The translations under genes were made by a program, and so were the position numbers. Of a stretch of 64,000 bases of DNA, positions 9,253 to 19,034 are shown one piece after another. The notes below the pieces were generated by a model that did not search any database, was not told the origin of the DNA, and worked only from the letters and a program-made list of their open reading frames with translations. This stretch comes from an uncultured bacterium. GTDB lineage: Bacteria; SAR324; XYD2-FULL-50-16. The stretch covers positions 2,280 through 66,279 of the forward strand of contig CBFCZY010000016.1 of the NCBI GenBank assembly GCA_965602905.1, read 5' to 3'. Within the stretch, counting starts at the first letter, position 1. Each line of letters opens with the position of its first letter.

Positions 9253-11856
9253 TTAGTTGGTCTTTAGTCGCTCTAAAACCTCTTTGATTCTTATGACTAA
9301 AGCCAACCGCAAGATGGGCTTAGGGAGATAATCATCCATGCCGCTTTCAAGGCATGCGGCTTTATCATCATTAAAGGCATTGGCCGTTACGGCAATAATA
9401 GGGATGTGCCCGCCTTCACTGGCTTCCTTTTCTCGGATTAAACGAGTGGCCTTGAGGCCGTCCATCTTGGGCATCCTGATGTCCATTAAGATCAAATCAA
9501 AAGAATCTGTTTCGAGCTTCTCTAGTACCTCCACTCCATTTTGAGCGAGCACCATGGTCGCCTTTAATTTATTCAGGATACTTTTCATTAAAACCTGATT
9601 CACCCTTGTGTCTTCAGCGACTAAAATTTTCAGCCCTGCTAAATCAGGTGAATCATTGGTGTCAGGTTGTATTTTGGGGGGACTTTGCTCCGCCACGATC
9701 AAGGGGATCTCAACAAAAAACTTACTCCCTTGGCCTAACTGGCTGGTTACCCAGATTTCCCCATGCATCAAGTTAACCAGTTTTTTGCAAATTGCTAGGC
9801 CTAAACCTGTGCCTCCAAAGTGTTTTGTCGTGGTTGCATCAGCTTGTGTAAAACGGTCGAAAATATTTTCAATGGCCTGCTCGCTTATACCAATACCGCT
9901 GTCTGCAATGCAAAACTGTAAGGTGGCCTCTCCAGCTGTGGTGCTACCTTTTTTCACAGAAAGCTCTACAGAGCCCTCTTTGGTAAACTTTAAAGAATTG
10001 CTTAGAAGGTTGATCAGAATTTGGCGAATTCGCAGACTGTCACCGATATAATTATTTGGCAGGTCCTCTTCTAAAGTAACGAAAAAGTTTACATTTCTAA
10101 GCTTGAATTGCGTAAAAAATAGGTCTTTTTTTGAATCTAAGAGCTTATTTAGTTCAAAGGGTTCTTTATAGATCTCTAACTGGCCAGCTTCAATTTTTGA
10201 GTAGTCTAAAATATCATTGATCAACTGCAACAGGGAATTGGAAGAATCCACAACGATTTCTAAAAAGCGCCGTTGTTCTTGGTTGAGTTCTGAGTTTAAA
10301 ACTAGATCAGTCATCCCGATGATAGCATTCATTGGCGTGCGGATCTCATGGCTCATATTAGCGAGGAAGGCACTTTTCGCATGGTCGGCAGACCTCGCCT
10401 TTTCTTCGGCCTCTTTGATGTGGGTCACATCCGTTATGGTGCCTGAAAACTGCGCAACTTCGCCCTTTTGGCCACGAGCCATAACCTTTCCACGAGCCAT
10501 TACATAAAGGTAGTGACCTTCATGATGTAGCAGGCGGTGGGTGCATTGAAAATAGTCTGTATCGCCTCTTAGATGCTCTTGAAACTGCTTGTCGAACCAA
10601 GGTTTATCGTCTTCATGTATGCGGTCAGTCCAGCAGGCAATGGTATGCTGGTGTTTGATGTGGCTCAGGCCTAAAAGGTGTAACCAGCGTTCGTCTAAGA
10701 TTAATTTTTTGTCCATTGGGTGCCAGTCCCATAGGCCATGAGCTGTTCCCTCTAAAATTAAGTTGATCCGTTCCCCCGCTTCACGGAGGATTTCAGACTT
10801 TTCCCCTCGTTGCTGTTCCATTTTAAAGTAGAAAAAGAAACCAAAGGCCGTGACCAAAGAAAAGCCTAACCATAAGAAGATTAAACTTTGCGCAAATTCC
10901 CCTAGGTAATCATCCTTGCGAAAGCTGATCACGTAGGCGACTTGTTCCCCTAAGACATTCATCACAGGCAGAAAGACCAAAAGGTAATTTTGGCCCTTGA
11001 CCTTTACCGTTTCTGCAAAGGCCTCACCGCCATTTAGCCGTACCTGAATACTAGGGGCGATTGCCGCTTTAACCTCTTCAAAGCCTGTTGCAGCAAAGGA
11101 GCTTGTTTCGCCAAGAAAGGCAGAGTGAGCAATATTTTCCTCTAGGTACAGTGGGTTTAAGGGCGAGGTTTTATAGTTTGATTTTTCATCAAAAAACACT
11201 TTTTTTGAGATGACCTTTTTTTGTAAAATAAAGTCAAATCGAGTGTCGCTAGTTACGTTGAGTTTGGCTTTTAGCGCGTCAAAAGACATGCTGGTTTCCA
11301 CAGAACCAATATGGTTTTTTTTGTAAAAAAGAGGGAAAACGTAGCGAAAACCGTTATAGATTCTTCCCTCTTCAAAACCTGAAACATAACGCTGTTGGGT
11401 ATTGGCGAGATTTACACTGGCACGAACAGACATTAAATTATCCCCAAATTTACCAGGCCTGTGAAAGCGTAAAAAACTATCCCCGTTGGGCAAGTGGAAA
11501 TGGAGTTGGCGGATGCCAAATTTTTTAATTTCGGTGTATTCTAAGTGCAGCTCGTTCCAGAGTTTTGTCCTTATCGCAGCCTTATGCGCAAGGTCGCCAT
11601 CCTTGGCTGTAGAGATAATTTCTAGCACCTTGGGGTTATCTACAACATGGTGATAAAACACCTTAGCCAAAACTTCACTGGAATAAAAAGCCTGCTGGTA
11701 AACACGGTTGAGCTGTTTTATTTCTTGAGTGAAGTAGATACTGCGGCTTTCTTTCCAGTAGTGAAGCAGTGGGCCTATGAACAGGAATTGTAAAATAAAG
11801 AAGGCTCCAAGAAGCCCCAGAAAAGTGTTCTTTGTTTGTATTTTTTTCATGATCAT
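9253..11856 (-). CDS. Hybrid sensor histidine kinase/response regulator (TM-Cache-type periplasmic domain-TM-PAS-HisKA-HATPase-REC)
   Basis: 867 aa. The Cache_3/Cache_2-like signature is [38 protein letters not shown] is marked by [18 protein letters not shown] and the H-box by [18 protein letters not shown], with HATPase G-boxes present. The C-terminal receiver shows [42 protein letters not shown]. Confidence 0.9.
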   Translation of the reverse strand: MIMKKIQTKNTFLGLLGAFFILQFLFIGPLLHYWKESRSIYFTQEIKQLNRVYQQAFYSSEVLAKVFYHHVVDNPKVLEIISTAKDGDLAHKAAIRTKLWNELHLEYTEIKKFGIRQLHFHLPNGDSFLRFHRPGKFGDNLMSVRASVNLANTQQRYVSGFEEGRIYNGFRYVFPLFYKKNHIGSVETSMSFDALKAKLNVTSDTRFDFILQKKVISKKVFFDEKSNYKTSPLNPLYLEENIAHSAFLGETSSFAATGFEEVKAAIAPSIQVRLNGGEAFAETVKVKGQNYLLVFLPVMNVLGEQVAYVISFRKDDYLGEFAQSLIFLWLGFSLVTAFGFFFYFKMEQQRGEKSEILREAGERINLILEGTAHGLWDWHPMDKKLILDERWLHLLGLSHIKHQHTIACWTDRIHEDDKPWFDKQFQEHLRGDTDYFQCTHRLLHHEGHYLYVMARGKVMARGQKGEVAQFSGTITDVTHIKEAEEKARSADHAKSAFLANMSHEIRTPMNAIIGMTDLVLNSELNQEQRRFLEIVVDSSNSLLQLINDILDYSKIEAGQLEIYKEPFELNKLLDSKKDLFFTQFKLRNVNFFVTLEEDLPNNYIGDSLRIRQILINLLSNSLKFTKEGSVELSVKKGSTTAGEATLQFCIADSGIGISEQAIENIFDRFTQADATTTKHFGGTGLGLAICKKLVNLMHGEIWVTSQLGQGSKFFVEIPLIVAEQSPPKIQPDTNDSPDLAGLKILVAEDTRVNQVLMKSILNKLKATMVLAQNGVEVLEKLETDSFDLILMDIRMPKMDGLKATRLIREKEASEGGHIPIIAVTANAFNDDKAACLESGMDDYLPKPILRLALVIRIKEVLERLKTN

Positions 11857-12193
11857 TTTTACTTTTAGTCCTTAGTTAATGATTACAAAAAAAGATCCAT
11901 TTGTCGATAAAATACAGATGCCTTTTGTAGGTATCCACTTATAAAAAGTCATTCAAATAGGGTATTTACCCTGATTTAACCCTTTCAAAGTCTGAGGCTT
12001 TCCCTTTGCCTTTGGCCTCTTTCAAGGCGAAAATAAGAGGCTTTAAATCTTTAAGCCAAACAAATCTGCTAAGGTTGGATGCTGCATTTCTGAATCAAAA
12101 ATTAATCCTCTTCTAACATAATCTAAATACAAAGCCAGTATCCTGGGGTTAACTTTTAAGCCCATAGGTACTGTCAGGCGCCTGTAGGAAGTA

Positions 12194-13972
12194 ATGTTAA
12201 AAAAGGTACAGCTGATGATACAAGATTTAGAGCAAAAAGAGAAAATGGATTGGGTCCAGAGTTTTGAGCAGCTTCAAATTCTATTCAAGCCCATTGTAAA
12301 TACCCAAAGTGGTAAAATACATGCTGTAGAGTCCTCCATTGGTTCCATCTCAAAATTGGGGTTTTACAGCAGAAAAGAGCTTTTTTGCTTTGCTGAAGAA
12401 GAAGGCTATACAAAGGACCTTCACCATTGCCTGTTAAAAAAATCACTTAAAGGATTTAGCTCTCTCCACCCTGCCGGTGAACTAAAGCTATTTTACCCCT
12501 TAACCCTAGGTTTGGACGAAAGTAGCTGGCATGATTCTGTACAAGAGTTGGCCCAAGAATATAAAATTAAACTGCCAAATATTTGCATGGTCGCTGAAAG
12601 TGAAGAGTTAATCATAGACCCCTCCACGGTAAACCAATCGGGAATTTGTATCAGTGGTGAAGTGGGTTATTTTTCTAATTTTTTTGAAAAAGAACCTAAT
12701 TTTCAATATTTCCGCCTTACTCGAAACCTGTATATTCCAGCGCAAAAAAACCGAAAAAAACGTTTTTTTATGCAAAAACTTGTAGAAAATTGTGGCTACT
12801 TTGGGGTCTCGCTACTGGCTGTAGATGTGGAAACTAAGGGCGAAGCATTATTTTTAAAAGACTTAGGTTGTAACTACATTCAAGGTGAGGTTGTATCTCG
12901 GCCCTTAAGGCCAAGTGTAGAGAGGCCCTTAGAATTTGCCTTTATAGAGCAGGTTTATAACCAGTCTAAGCGGGAAAAGGAACAGAGATGCATACATTCT
13001 TTGGCAGAAGAGATTAAAGCTGTAGAGGCCATATCTGTAACTACCCCCGTTAGTGAGGTTTTGTCGAAGTTCCAGGCCCAAGAAGAGGTTAGCTTCTTTC
13101 CTGTTGTAAACGAAATTGGTGAGCCTCTAGGTTTGATTCGTGACCGAGAACTGAAAGCTTACGTCTATTCTCCCTTTGGTCACCAACTTTTAAAAAATAG
13201 AGGGATTGGCCTCGGGCTTGATGGCTTTATTACTCAGTGCCCTAAGGTAAACACCAACGAGAAGATTGAAGACATTTTAAATATCTTCGCTAATCAAAAT
13301 TGTGAAGATGGCATTTTAATTGTAGAAAATCAAAAGTACCGAGGTATGCTCAACGCCAATTCTTTGGTCCGCCTGATCAATGAAAAAAATCTCTTCCAAG
13401 CAAGGGATCAAAATCCCTTAAGTAAGCTTCCTGGGAATCAAGTGATCAACAACTATATTCAAAAGGTGCTTCAAGATAATTCTGAAACCAGTTATTTAAT
13501 CTATTTCGATTTTGATAATTTTAAACCCTTCAATGACTACTATGGCTTTCGCAAAGGCGACCGAGCTATTTTGCTTTTTGCGGAACTGATGCAGAAATTT
13601 ATTGCTTCAAGCGGTGGCTTTATAGGGCACATCGGTGGCGACGATTTTTTTGCAGGTTTGACAGGGGATGATTACGAGTCTGTAGCTAAAAAGATCGGCA
13701 AGCTTTTGCTTAAATTTGGCGAGGATGTAAAAAGTTTTTACGATCTTAATGACCGTAAACGAGGGTTCATAAAGGCTCTAGACCGAAATGGGCGGGAGCA
13801 AGATTTTCCTCTTTTGGGCGTTTCAGCGAGCCTGTTGCAGGTCTCACCTGCCAGCGGTTGTAGGTTTGAAGAGGTTGCCGATATCTTTGCCCCTATGAAA
13901 AAGTCTGCGAAAAGTAGCCCCGACCACTATGTTGCCGCTACTTTTTGGAGTCAGCCACAAACAAATCGATAG
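12194..13972 (+). CDS. Signalling protein with degenerate EAL, tandem CBS and GGDEF-like (GGDDF) domains
   Basis: 592 aa. The N-terminal EAL-like fold starts FKPIVNTQSGKIHAVES (EAL triplet replaced by VES) and ends LAVDVETKGEALFLKDLGCNYIQGEVVSRP, with the DDFG position reading SGEVG. The CBS pair covers aa ~270-400. The C-terminal part reads YLIYFDFDNFKPFNDYYGFRKGD..GHIGGDDFFAG. Confidence 0.75.
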   Translation: MLKKVQLMIQDLEQKEKMDWVQSFEQLQILFKPIVNTQSGKIHAVESSIGSISKLGFYSRKELFCFAEEEGYTKDLHHCLLKKSLKGFSSLHPAGELKLFYPLTLGLDESSWHDSVQELAQEYKIKLPNICMVAESEELIIDPSTVNQSGICISGEVGYFSNFFEKEPNFQYFRLTRNLYIPAQKNRKKRFFMQKLVENCGYFGVSLLAVDVETKGEALFLKDLGCNYIQGEVVSRPLRPSVERPLEFAFIEQVYNQSKREKEQRCIHSLAEEIKAVEAISVTTPVSEVLSKFQAQEEVSFFPVVNEIGEPLGLIRDRELKAYVYSPFGHQLLKNRGIGLGLDGFITQCPKVNTNEKIEDILNIFANQNCEDGILIVENQKYRGMLNANSLVRLINEKNLFQARDQNPLSKLPGNQVINNYIQKVLQDNSETSYLIYFDFDNFKPFNDYYGFRKGDRAILLFAELMQKFIASSGGFIGHIGGDDFFAGLTGDDYESVAKKIGKLLLKFGEDVKSFYDLNDRKRGFIKALDRNGREQDFPLLGVSASLLQVSPASGCRFEEVADIFAPMKKSAKSSPDHYVAATFWSQPQTNR

Positions 13973-14043
13973 GCAAGACCTCAAGTTTGACTTCAATTTG
14001 AATCATGGTACAATGGATTTGTACATATTATATAGGCGGACTC

Positions 14044-16995
14044 ATGAAACCAATTGATTCAAACCTAGAGAAAAAAGTCCAAAGCTTAGCTCAGGCTTTG
14101 TGGACGGCTACACAAGATAAGGCCCCTGGATTATTTGACCAAGACTTTTGGCAGGGCAAACTATTAGATCTGGTGATGAAAGACCCTGCCTTTAAAGTGG
14201 ATTTTTTTAGATTCATCGATGTGCTGCCCATCTTAAACAACAGCAAAGATTTTACCGAACACGTTGAAGAATACCTGCTGAAACCGGGCCACCAATTGCC
14301 TAAGTTCATCGAGCTCGCCTTGCAGGCTACAGCCTTCAAATTGACTGCACCCTTGGCTTCCAAAGCCGTTAAGGGCAGGGTGAGTGATCTCGCCATGGGC
14401 TTTATTTTAACAGATAAAATGGGTGAGGTTGCAGAGAAACTTTTAGAGCTCAACCATGGAGGTTTGGGGTATACTGTTGATCTATTAGGGGAAGCAACCT
14501 TGAGCCGAGAAGAGGCGCAAAGTTACCAAGAAAAATATCTCCAACTGATTGACCAAATCGCCGAAGCCAGTAAAAGACAACCTGCAAAAGGGGCCTTAAC
14601 GGAGTGGGTACAGGGGTTAGGAAACATGTCCATTAAGGTAACAGCCTTTGCCCCATACTTAGAATCTGCTGATTTAGAGGGGAATCTCGACCGATTGGAA
14701 GAGATGTTATTGCCTGTCTTTCGCAAAGCCAAAAAAGCGGGAATATTTATCAATCTCGATTTGGAACAGTGGCAGTATCACCAACTGACCTATCAACTCT
14801 TTGCAAGGCTGGCTCTGCACCCAGATCTGCAAGATTACCCTAAAATGGGTGTCGTGGTGCAAGCCTATTTGCTTTCCACAAAAGAAGACCTGCACTTTTT
14901 ATTGGGCCTTGCCCAAAAAAGAGGCACTTCCTTTAGTATCAGGTTGGTGAAGGGCGCCTACTGGGACTATGAAGTGATCAACGCCCAAAGCCACGGCCTG
15001 CCTGTTCCTGTATACTTGCAAAAGGCCCAGACGGACGTGAGTTATGAGCAGGCCAGTCAGTTTATATTGGACCATTACAAAGTGCTTCGCCCCGCCTTTG
15101 CCAGTCACAATTTGCGTAGTTTGGCCTTTGCCTTGTCTCTCGCTGAAGAGTTAGAAATACCAAAAAAAAATATAGAGATCCAAATGCTTTATGGCATGGC
15201 GGAACCGACCAGATTGGCTCTGCTAGAGGAAGGCTACCCCATTCGACTCTATACCCCTGTGGGGGATTTGCTTCCAGGGATGTCTTATTTGGTGCGGCGC
15301 CTCTTGGAAAATACCAGTAACGAAGGTTTTCTGCGCCAAAGTTACCAAGAGCATGCAAGCTTGGAAAGCCTGATGCAAAATCCCAAAAATCTAATCCAGC
15401 CCACCAGAGAGGCAACCACAGCGGATGGATTTACCAATTGCCCTGAGCTGGATTTTTCTCTGCCCCAAGTGGCAGGTAAATACCAAAAGGCGCTAAATAA
15501 AGTGCTACAAAGCCTGCCCACCCAAGTACCGGGGGTGATTTCAGGGGAACGATTCTTTCCTAAGAACTTACACTTTACCAAAAGCCCCAACGACCTAAAT
15601 TTAACTGTGGCAGAGCTCAGCTTCTTAGAAGTCAATGAGGCCGAACTTGCCATTGGTGAGGCTACCGAGGCTTGGCCCAGTTGGGCGGAAACCGCTGTGG
15701 CAAAAAGGGCCGATTACCTTGACCGTTTGGCCGATATTTTAGAAGAAAAACGCTATTTCTTTTGCGCTTTAGAGACGGTGGAGGTAGGGAAACCTTGGCC
15801 CGAGGCCGATGGGGATGTAGGCGAGGCCATCGATTTCTGCCGCTACTATGCCCATGTAGCCAGAATCACCTTAGAGCCTGAATCCTTAGGCCAACTGGAT
15901 GGAGAAGAAAACATCCTCTACCATGAGGGCCGAGGGCCAGCAGCCATCATAGCCCCATGGAATTTCCCCTTGGCCATTCTTTGCGGCATGACCACAGCGG
16001 CACTAGTGGCTGGCAACCCTGTCTTGATCAAGCCCAGTTCTAACGCAGCCCTAACAGGGTATCATTTCTTTTTGGCCCTAGAGGAAGCAGGTTTTCCTTC
16101 TGAGGTAATCCACTTTTTACCAGGGGCTGGGAGCAGTATTGGTGGCTATTTGGTTGATCATGTGGCTGTTCCTTTGGTGGCCTTTACGGGAAGTAAGGCT
16201 GTGGGTTTGGGGATTTTAGAGCGAGCAGGTCAGGTGAGGTCAGGGCAGAAACTCATTAAAAAGGTTGTCTGTGAAATGGGTGGAAAGAATGCCATCATTG
16301 TTGATTCTGATGCAGATATGGATCTTGCTGTAGCAGGGGTTATCCAGTCGGCCTTTGGTTTTGCAGGGCAAAAGTGTTCGGCCGCCTCTCGTATCATTTT
16401 GGTTGGCGAGGCCAAAGAATTATTTTTACCAAGGCTTTTGGAATCCTTAGCAAGCATGCCTGTAGCCCCTGCCACTTCGCCCAGTTGCCGCTTAGGGCCT
16501 GTTATCGACCAAGTGGCCTTTGACCGTTTGAAGGCTGTGGAGAAAAATCTAACGGCAGGGGCAGAGTTGCTATTTCGAGGTGAGGTTCCAGAAGGTGGAT
16601 TTTTTATCGCCCCACAAATTTACCAAGTGACCGACCGACAGCACCCCCTGTTACAGCAGGAATTATTTGGCCCTATTACTACAGTGATCCATTGCCCCGA
16701 TTTTGATTCGGCTTTAGATGTTGCCTTAGATAGTGAATATTTTCTAACCGGGGCAATCTATTCGCGTAACCCCGCCCATTTGGAATTGGGGAAGAAGCGC
16801 TTTAAGGTCGGTAATCTATACCTAAACCAAGGTTCCACAGGGGCAAAGGTTCAACGCCAGCCCTTTGGTGGCTTTGGCATGAGCGGGACAGGCACCAAAG
16901 CTGGGGGACGAGATTACTTAAAAAACTTTACCCACCCTAGGGTTGTAACAGAAAATTTACTAAGAAGAGGCTTTTCACCGACCCTACTCCTATAA
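14044..16995 (+). CDS. putA: Bifunctional proline dehydrogenase / L-glutamate-gamma-semialdehyde (P5C) dehydrogenase
   Basis: The N-terminal half is a proline-dehydrogenase TIM barrel (VVQAYL..RLVKGAYWDYE..MLYGM..YLVRRLLENTSN). The C-terminal half is an ALDH (PWNFPLAI, EMGGKNAIIVD, FGFAGQKCSA). Start is uncertain: ATG 14044 (MKPIDSNLEKK) is preferred over the track's ATG 14005, whose first 13 residues look non-native. Confidence 0.85.
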   Translation: MKPIDSNLEKKVQSLAQALWTATQDKAPGLFDQDFWQGKLLDLVMKDPAFKVDFFRFIDVLPILNNSKDFTEHVEEYLLKPGHQLPKFIELALQATAFKLTAPLASKAVKGRVSDLAMGFILTDKMGEVAEKLLELNHGGLGYTVDLLGEATLSREEAQSYQEKYLQLIDQIAEASKRQPAKGALTEWVQGLGNMSIKVTAFAPYLESADLEGNLDRLEEMLLPVFRKAKKAGIFINLDLEQWQYHQLTYQLFARLALHPDLQDYPKMGVVVQAYLLSTKEDLHFLLGLAQKRGTSFSIRLVKGAYWDYEVINAQSHGLPVPVYLQKAQTDVSYEQASQFILDHYKVLRPAFASHNLRSLAFALSLAEELEIPKKNIEIQMLYGMAEPTRLALLEEGYPIRLYTPVGDLLPGMSYLVRRLLENTSNEGFLRQSYQEHASLESLMQNPKNLIQPTREATTADGFTNCPELDFSLPQVAGKYQKALNKVLQSLPTQVPGVISGERFFPKNLHFTKSPNDLNLTVAELSFLEVNEAELAIGEATEAWPSWAETAVAKRADYLDRLADILEEKRYFFCALETVEVGKPWPEADGDVGEAIDFCRYYAHVARITLEPESLGQLDGEENILYHEGRGPAAIIAPWNFPLAILCGMTTAALVAGNPVLIKPSSNAALTGYHFFLALEEAGFPSEVIHFLPGAGSSIGGYLVDHVAVPLVAFTGSKAVGLGILERAGQVRSGQKLIKKVVCEMGGKNAIIVDSDADMDLAVAGVIQSAFGFAGQKCSAASRIILVGEAKELFLPRLLESLASMPVAPATSPSCRLGPVIDQVAFDRLKAVEKNLTAGAELLFRGEVPEGGFFIAPQIYQVTDRQHPLLQQELFGPITTVIHCPDFDSALDVALDSEYFLTGAIYSRNPAHLELGKKRFKVGNLYLNQGSTGAKVQRQPFGGFGMSGTGTKAGGRDYLKNFTHPRVVTENLLRRGFSPTLLL

Positions 16996-17002
16996 GGACG
17001 CC

Positions 17003-18217
17003 ATGGAAGACCAAGGAGTTAGTTTTTGCATTGAGGCCCATCTTTTAGACAGCCTAATTTTGTCTGAGCTTTTAGACCAGTTGGCCAGTTTAAAAGTTGA
17101 CTATCAGATCGAAGACTGGAAGATCGGCTCAACCAGAAAAAATGCCAGCAAGATCTGCCTGCGCCTTTGGCCCACAGGGCAGAAAGTTGAATCTTTGAAC
17201 CTACTTATGGCGAACTTTGACGCTGTGAGAGGCGAGCCTGAGCTGAAAGAAGTGGAGGTTGCCTTGTCGCCAAAGGATGGCGTTTACCCAGAAGGTTTTA
17301 TTACCACCAGCAACCAGCCAACAGAAGTTTTTTACAACAACCAATGGCTTACGGTGGCAAGTCTCTGTATGGATGCCGCCATTAAGGTGACAAAGAATAA
17401 GGCCAAGGCGGTAAAGTTTTTTGAAGTTAAAAAGGGAGACCTCATAGTTGTGAGTGATTTTGGTGTGCGAGTTCATCTGCCTAGTTCGTTGGGCAGTAGT
17501 GAAGGCTTTAGCTTTATGGGGTCTAATGTAAGCAGTGAAAAACCTTGGCAGCAGGTGATTACCTCCATTGCCAAAGAAATTAAGTCCCTCAAGGGTAGAA
17601 AAAAAGTATTGCTCGTCGGTGGCCCCGCTATTATCCACACAGGTGCAGCGATTGATTTAACGAATCTGATTGAAGGGGGTTGGGTCAATTTGATTTTTGC
17701 AGGCAACGCTCTGGCAACCCACGACATTGAAGCGGCGCTTTCGGGCACCAGTTTGGGGGTGGATCTAACGACAGGCAAAAATCAACATCTCGGCAACAGG
17801 CACCATTTGCAAGCGATCAATAAAATCCGTCAATGCGGGGGGATTGCTGAGGCTGTGAACCAAGGGGTTTTAAATTCTGGGATCATGCATGCCTGTGTGA
17901 AAGAGGGCGTAGATTTTGTTTTGGCTGGCTCCATCAGGGACGATGGGCCTTTGCCCGAAGTGATTACAGATGCAATTGAGGCCCAAAAGACCATGAAGGC
18001 GAGACTGCCTGAAGTGGGATTGGTTTTAATGGTGGCGACTCTGCTGCACTCTGTCGCTGTGGGGAATTTGCTCCCAGCAGGCATCCCCACTTATATGGTG
18101 GATATTCACTTGGGCGCAGCCACAAAATTGGGCGACCGAGGAACGGGGCAAGCGGAATCTTTGGTGATGGATGCCAAGTCCTTTTTGCATGAATTACATT
18201 TGGCCCTAAACCAATGA
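17003..18217 (+). CDS. LOR/SDH-conserved-region + TIGR00300-type protein; homologue of the C-terminal (ornithine cyclodeaminase-type) domain of cyanobacterial AgrE/ArgZ
   Basis: 404 aa. The N-terminus IEAHLLDSLILSELLDQL matches the GH(I/L)IDSxxLSxxLD signature of PF04455. The C-terminal Rossmann part reads VGGPAIIHTGAA..GWVNLIFAGNALATHDIEAALSGTSLG. It lies 8 nt after the putA stop. Confidence 0.7.
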   Translation: MEDQGVSFCIEAHLLDSLILSELLDQLASLKVDYQIEDWKIGSTRKNASKICLRLWPTGQKVESLNLLMANFDAVRGEPELKEVEVALSPKDGVYPEGFITTSNQPTEVFYNNQWLTVASLCMDAAIKVTKNKAKAVKFFEVKKGDLIVVSDFGVRVHLPSSLGSSEGFSFMGSNVSSEKPWQQVITSIAKEIKSLKGRKKVLLVGGPAIIHTGAAIDLTNLIEGGWVNLIFAGNALATHDIEAALSGTSLGVDLTTGKNQHLGNRHHLQAINKIRQCGGIAEAVNQGVLNSGIMHACVKEGVDFVLAGSIRDDGPLPEVITDAIEAQKTMKARLPEVGLVLMVATLLHSVAVGNLLPAGIPTYMVDIHLGAATKLGDRGTGQAESLVMDAKSFLHELHLALNQ

Positions 18218-19014
18218 AAGCCCTGCTTTGCAGCCCCGACTACTTTGGGGTGAGCTACGAGATCAACCCTTGGATGCATGTGCAAACCCAGCCTGATGGA
18301 GCACTGGCAATGACCCAGTGGCGGGCACTTTGCGAGGCCTTGCAAGGTTTGGGGGTGACTTTAGAATTGATTGCGCCTGTGAAAGGCCAACCAGATATGG
18401 TTTTTACTGCCAACGGGGGTTTGGTTAAGGGGTTAGGTGGAGCCGCCCAAGTAGTACTGCCAAACTTTCGGCACCCAGAAAGGCAAGGGGAAAGGTCAGC
18501 CTTTGCAGCATGGTTTGAAGCCTGCGGCTATCAAACCCAGAGTTTGCCTGCAAACTACCCCTTTGAGGGGGAGGGAGATGCGCTCTTTTGTGGGCAACGA
18601 TTATTTACAGGCTACCCTGTTCGCACTCATCTCGGCGCCCATAGGCAACTGGGGGAAATTTTTGACTGTGAAGTCATTTCTTTAATGTTGGTAAACCCTG
18701 CTTTTTACCACTTGGATACTTGCTTTTTTCCCATTAATCCTGAACTTGCTGTCTATTACCCTAAAGCCTTTGATGACCATGGTATCAAACTAATAAAAAC
18801 CTACTTTAAAGAAACCATTGCTCTGGCGGATACAGATGCAGCGGCCTTTTGTTGTAACGGCGTAGCCGTGGGGCAAAATTTGATTCTGCCTCAAGGTTCA
18901 GAGGAGTTGAAAGGGCAATTGGAAGCCTTAGGATTTAAGGTCACCTATCTAAATTTTAGTGAATTTATCAAGGCTGGCGGTGCGGCAAAATGCCTTACCC
19001 TCTGGCTAGAGTAA
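18214..19014 (+). CDS. Guanidino-group-modifying enzyme (amidinotransferase/arginine dihydrolase family), homologue of the N-terminal domain of ArgZ/AgrE
   Basis: 266 aa. Shows SPDYFGVSYEINPWM, DMVFTANGGLV, FEGEGDALF and AFYHLDTCFFP, with a C-terminal nucleophile motif KAGGAAKCLT. There is an ATGA start/stop overlap with the upstream gene. Confidence 0.7.
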   Translation: MKALLCSPDYFGVSYEINPWMHVQTQPDGALAMTQWRALCEALQGLGVTLELIAPVKGQPDMVFTANGGLVKGLGGAAQVVLPNFRHPERQGERSAFAAWFEACGYQTQSLPANYPFEGEGDALFCGQRLFTGYPVRTHLGAHRQLGEIFDCEVISLMLVNPAFYHLDTCFFPINPELAVYYPKAFDDHGIKLIKTYFKETIALADTDAAAFCCNGVAVGQNLILPQGSEELKGQLEALGFKVTYLNFSEFIKAGGAAKCLTLWLE

Positions 19015-19034
19015 GACAAATTAGGAGCCTTAAG

